DNA of 64,000 nucleotides from a virus: IMG/VR virus record IMGVR_UViG_3300002461_001209; one strand, 5' to 3'. Shown piece by piece: positions 62,564 to 64,000 of this stretch (position 1 is its first letter; each line of letters starts with the position of its first letter). The notes under the pieces were generated by a model. It saw only the letters and a program-made list of their open reading frames with translations, ran no database searches and was not told where the DNA came from. The position numbers and the translations under genes were made by a program.

Positions 62564-64000
62564 ATGATGATTGATTTTAAATATGTAGCAGATAAAAGTG
62601 TGGTCAAGACTGGTGTGCAGCAAAAGACTGTTTTGTTCCAGATTGAGGGGAAGAAAGTCCATAAGCAATTGAAGGAAAGAATGCCTTTGAATATTTCTAT
62701 TGTGATTGATATTTCTGGATCTATGAATGACAGGGTGACAACTGGTGAAGTGACAAAGAGAATGGAGAGAAGAATCAAGCATGTGCCTCAACTCAATCCT
62801 ATGTTCAATCCAATGAATCCCAATCCAGGAATTTTTGGCAATCACAATCCTATGCAAGGTCAAGCTCAAGTTCATAACTGGGGTGACGCTTGGATTGATA
62901 AAATGAATAACAAGCATGTGGAGTATGAAGAGGTAGAGGTTTCAATACCTGTTTACACCACAAAAATTGAGCAAGCTAAAAAAGCAGCTAAAAAGGCTTT
63001 GACATTTTTAAGAGAAGAAGATTTTATCTCTATTGTTTTGTTTGATTCAGATGTAACTGTGTTGCAGTCTGCATGCCAAGCAACACCTGGTAATGTCTTG
63101 AAGATTAATTCATTGATAGACACTATCAAGCCTAATTCATCTACAAACCTTCATGCTGGTTGGGTTGCTGGTTCAACCGAAGTGGCAAAGAAGTTGTCAG
63201 AAAAGAAGGTTAATCGTGTATTGTTGTTGACTGATGGTGAGGTCAATGTAGGTATTCAATCTACAGATCAAATCTGCTCAAATGTATCCAAGTTGTATGA
63301 AAAGGGTGTATCTTTATCTACATTTGGTATTGGTGACAGGTTCCAAGAAGATTTATTGCAAGCAATGGCAAATTCTGGTGGTGGCAATGCTTACTATATC
63401 AATGATAAGGCTGACTTGAGTGTGATGTTTGAAGATGAGTTCAATGGTCTGACTGCATTGGTGGGCGAGAATTTAACTTTGAGTTTTGATTTATCCTCTG
63501 GCATATCCATCAAGGAAGATTTGAACAAGTTCAATGTTGTCAACAATGCTTACAAGTTGACCAACATCATCAATCACCAAGTTATCAATGCTATATTTGT
63601 ATTTGACTTGGATGTTCAAGCAGATGTGAAAAAACTCAACTTTGGAACTGCTCGTTTGAGCTACAAAGATGATGAGGGACAAGAGAAAACCATTGAATTC
63701 AATATGGGTTTTGATGTCGTATCTGATGAGCAGTTTGCTGCTGTAGAGGGCAATGAAGAAGTGAAGGTTCAAGAAGCTTTGTTGGTGATTGCCAATAACA
63801 AAATCAGAGCCACAAAGTTCATTGATGAGGGCAATATCAATATGGCAAGAAGCATTTTGAGAGACTCCAGTGTTTATGCAACATCCATGGGCAATGATCA
63901 CAGATTGATGGAAGAGTCCATGAATTTGGTTGGGTCAATAGAAGCCAGTGCAAGCATGAGCAATGAGGCATTCAGAAAAGACTTGTCTTATCAGTCATAT
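62564..64000 (+). CDS. vWA-domain protein (YfbK-like), 3'-partial
   Basis: AAGGAG RBS; PLNISIVIDISGSM MIDAS, STNLHAG, VLLLTDGEVNVG, FGIG...LLQAMANSGGGNAYYI; open to the window end; absent from the ORF track. Confidence 0.9.
   Translation, partial: MMIDFKYVADKSVVKTGVQQKTVLFQIEGKKVHKQLKERMPLNISIVIDISGSMNDRVTTGEVTKRMERRIKHVPQLNPMFNPMNPNPGIFGNHNPMQGQAQVHNWGDAWIDKMNNKHVEYEEVEVSIPVYTTKIEQAKKAAKKALTFLREEDFISIVLFDSDVTVLQSACQATPGNVLKINSLIDTIKPNSSTNLHAGWVAGSTEVAKKLSEKKVNRVLLLTDGEVNVGIQSTDQICSNVSKLYEKGVSLSTFGIGDRFQEDLLQAMANSGGGNAYYINDKADLSVMFEDEFNGLTALVGENLTLSFDLSSGISIKEDLNKFNVVNNAYKLTNIINHQVINAIFVFDLDVQADVKKLNFGTARLSYKDDEGQEKTIEFNMGFDVVSDEQFAAVEGNEEVKVQEALLVIANNKIRATKFIDEGNINMARSILRDSSVYATSMGNDHRLMEESMNLVGSIEASASMSNEAFRKDLSYQSY

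Noticed and set aside
62548-63901. Minus-strand ORFs 62548-62778, 62552-62917 and 63491-63901
   Set aside because: Antisense shadows of the vWA gene.

Overview
AT-rich 64 kb segment that reads like the accessory region of a very large phage or extrachromosomal element rather than a cellular chromosome (inference). It carries isolated infC and recX without their usual neighbours, tRNA genes with encoded CCA ends, an orphan C5 DNA methyltransferase, ankyrin proteins, two radical SAM/SPASM genes, two Nudix genes, a frameshifted SF2 helicase, and a MerR-HTH plus vWA pair at the right edge. About half the window (26.7-57.7 kb) is a minus-strand, mostly translationally coupled array of 36 DUF285/BspA-like LRR genes. 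They share fixed N- and C-caps around a variable number of 24-aa repeats and end in a basic K-x-K-I tail. Best candidates for new biology: (1) an apparent ribosome-mediated transcription attenuator whose leader peptide (YYYEREE) matches the Tyr/Glu/Arg tRNA cluster immediately downstream; (2) an 8/4-type long-variable-arm tRNA with a UUC anticodon in that cluster; (3) the modular DUF285 repertoire; (4) a tnpB-only element abutting a 5'-truncated tRNA-Arg(CCT). All assignments come from motif recognition by eye; no searches were run.
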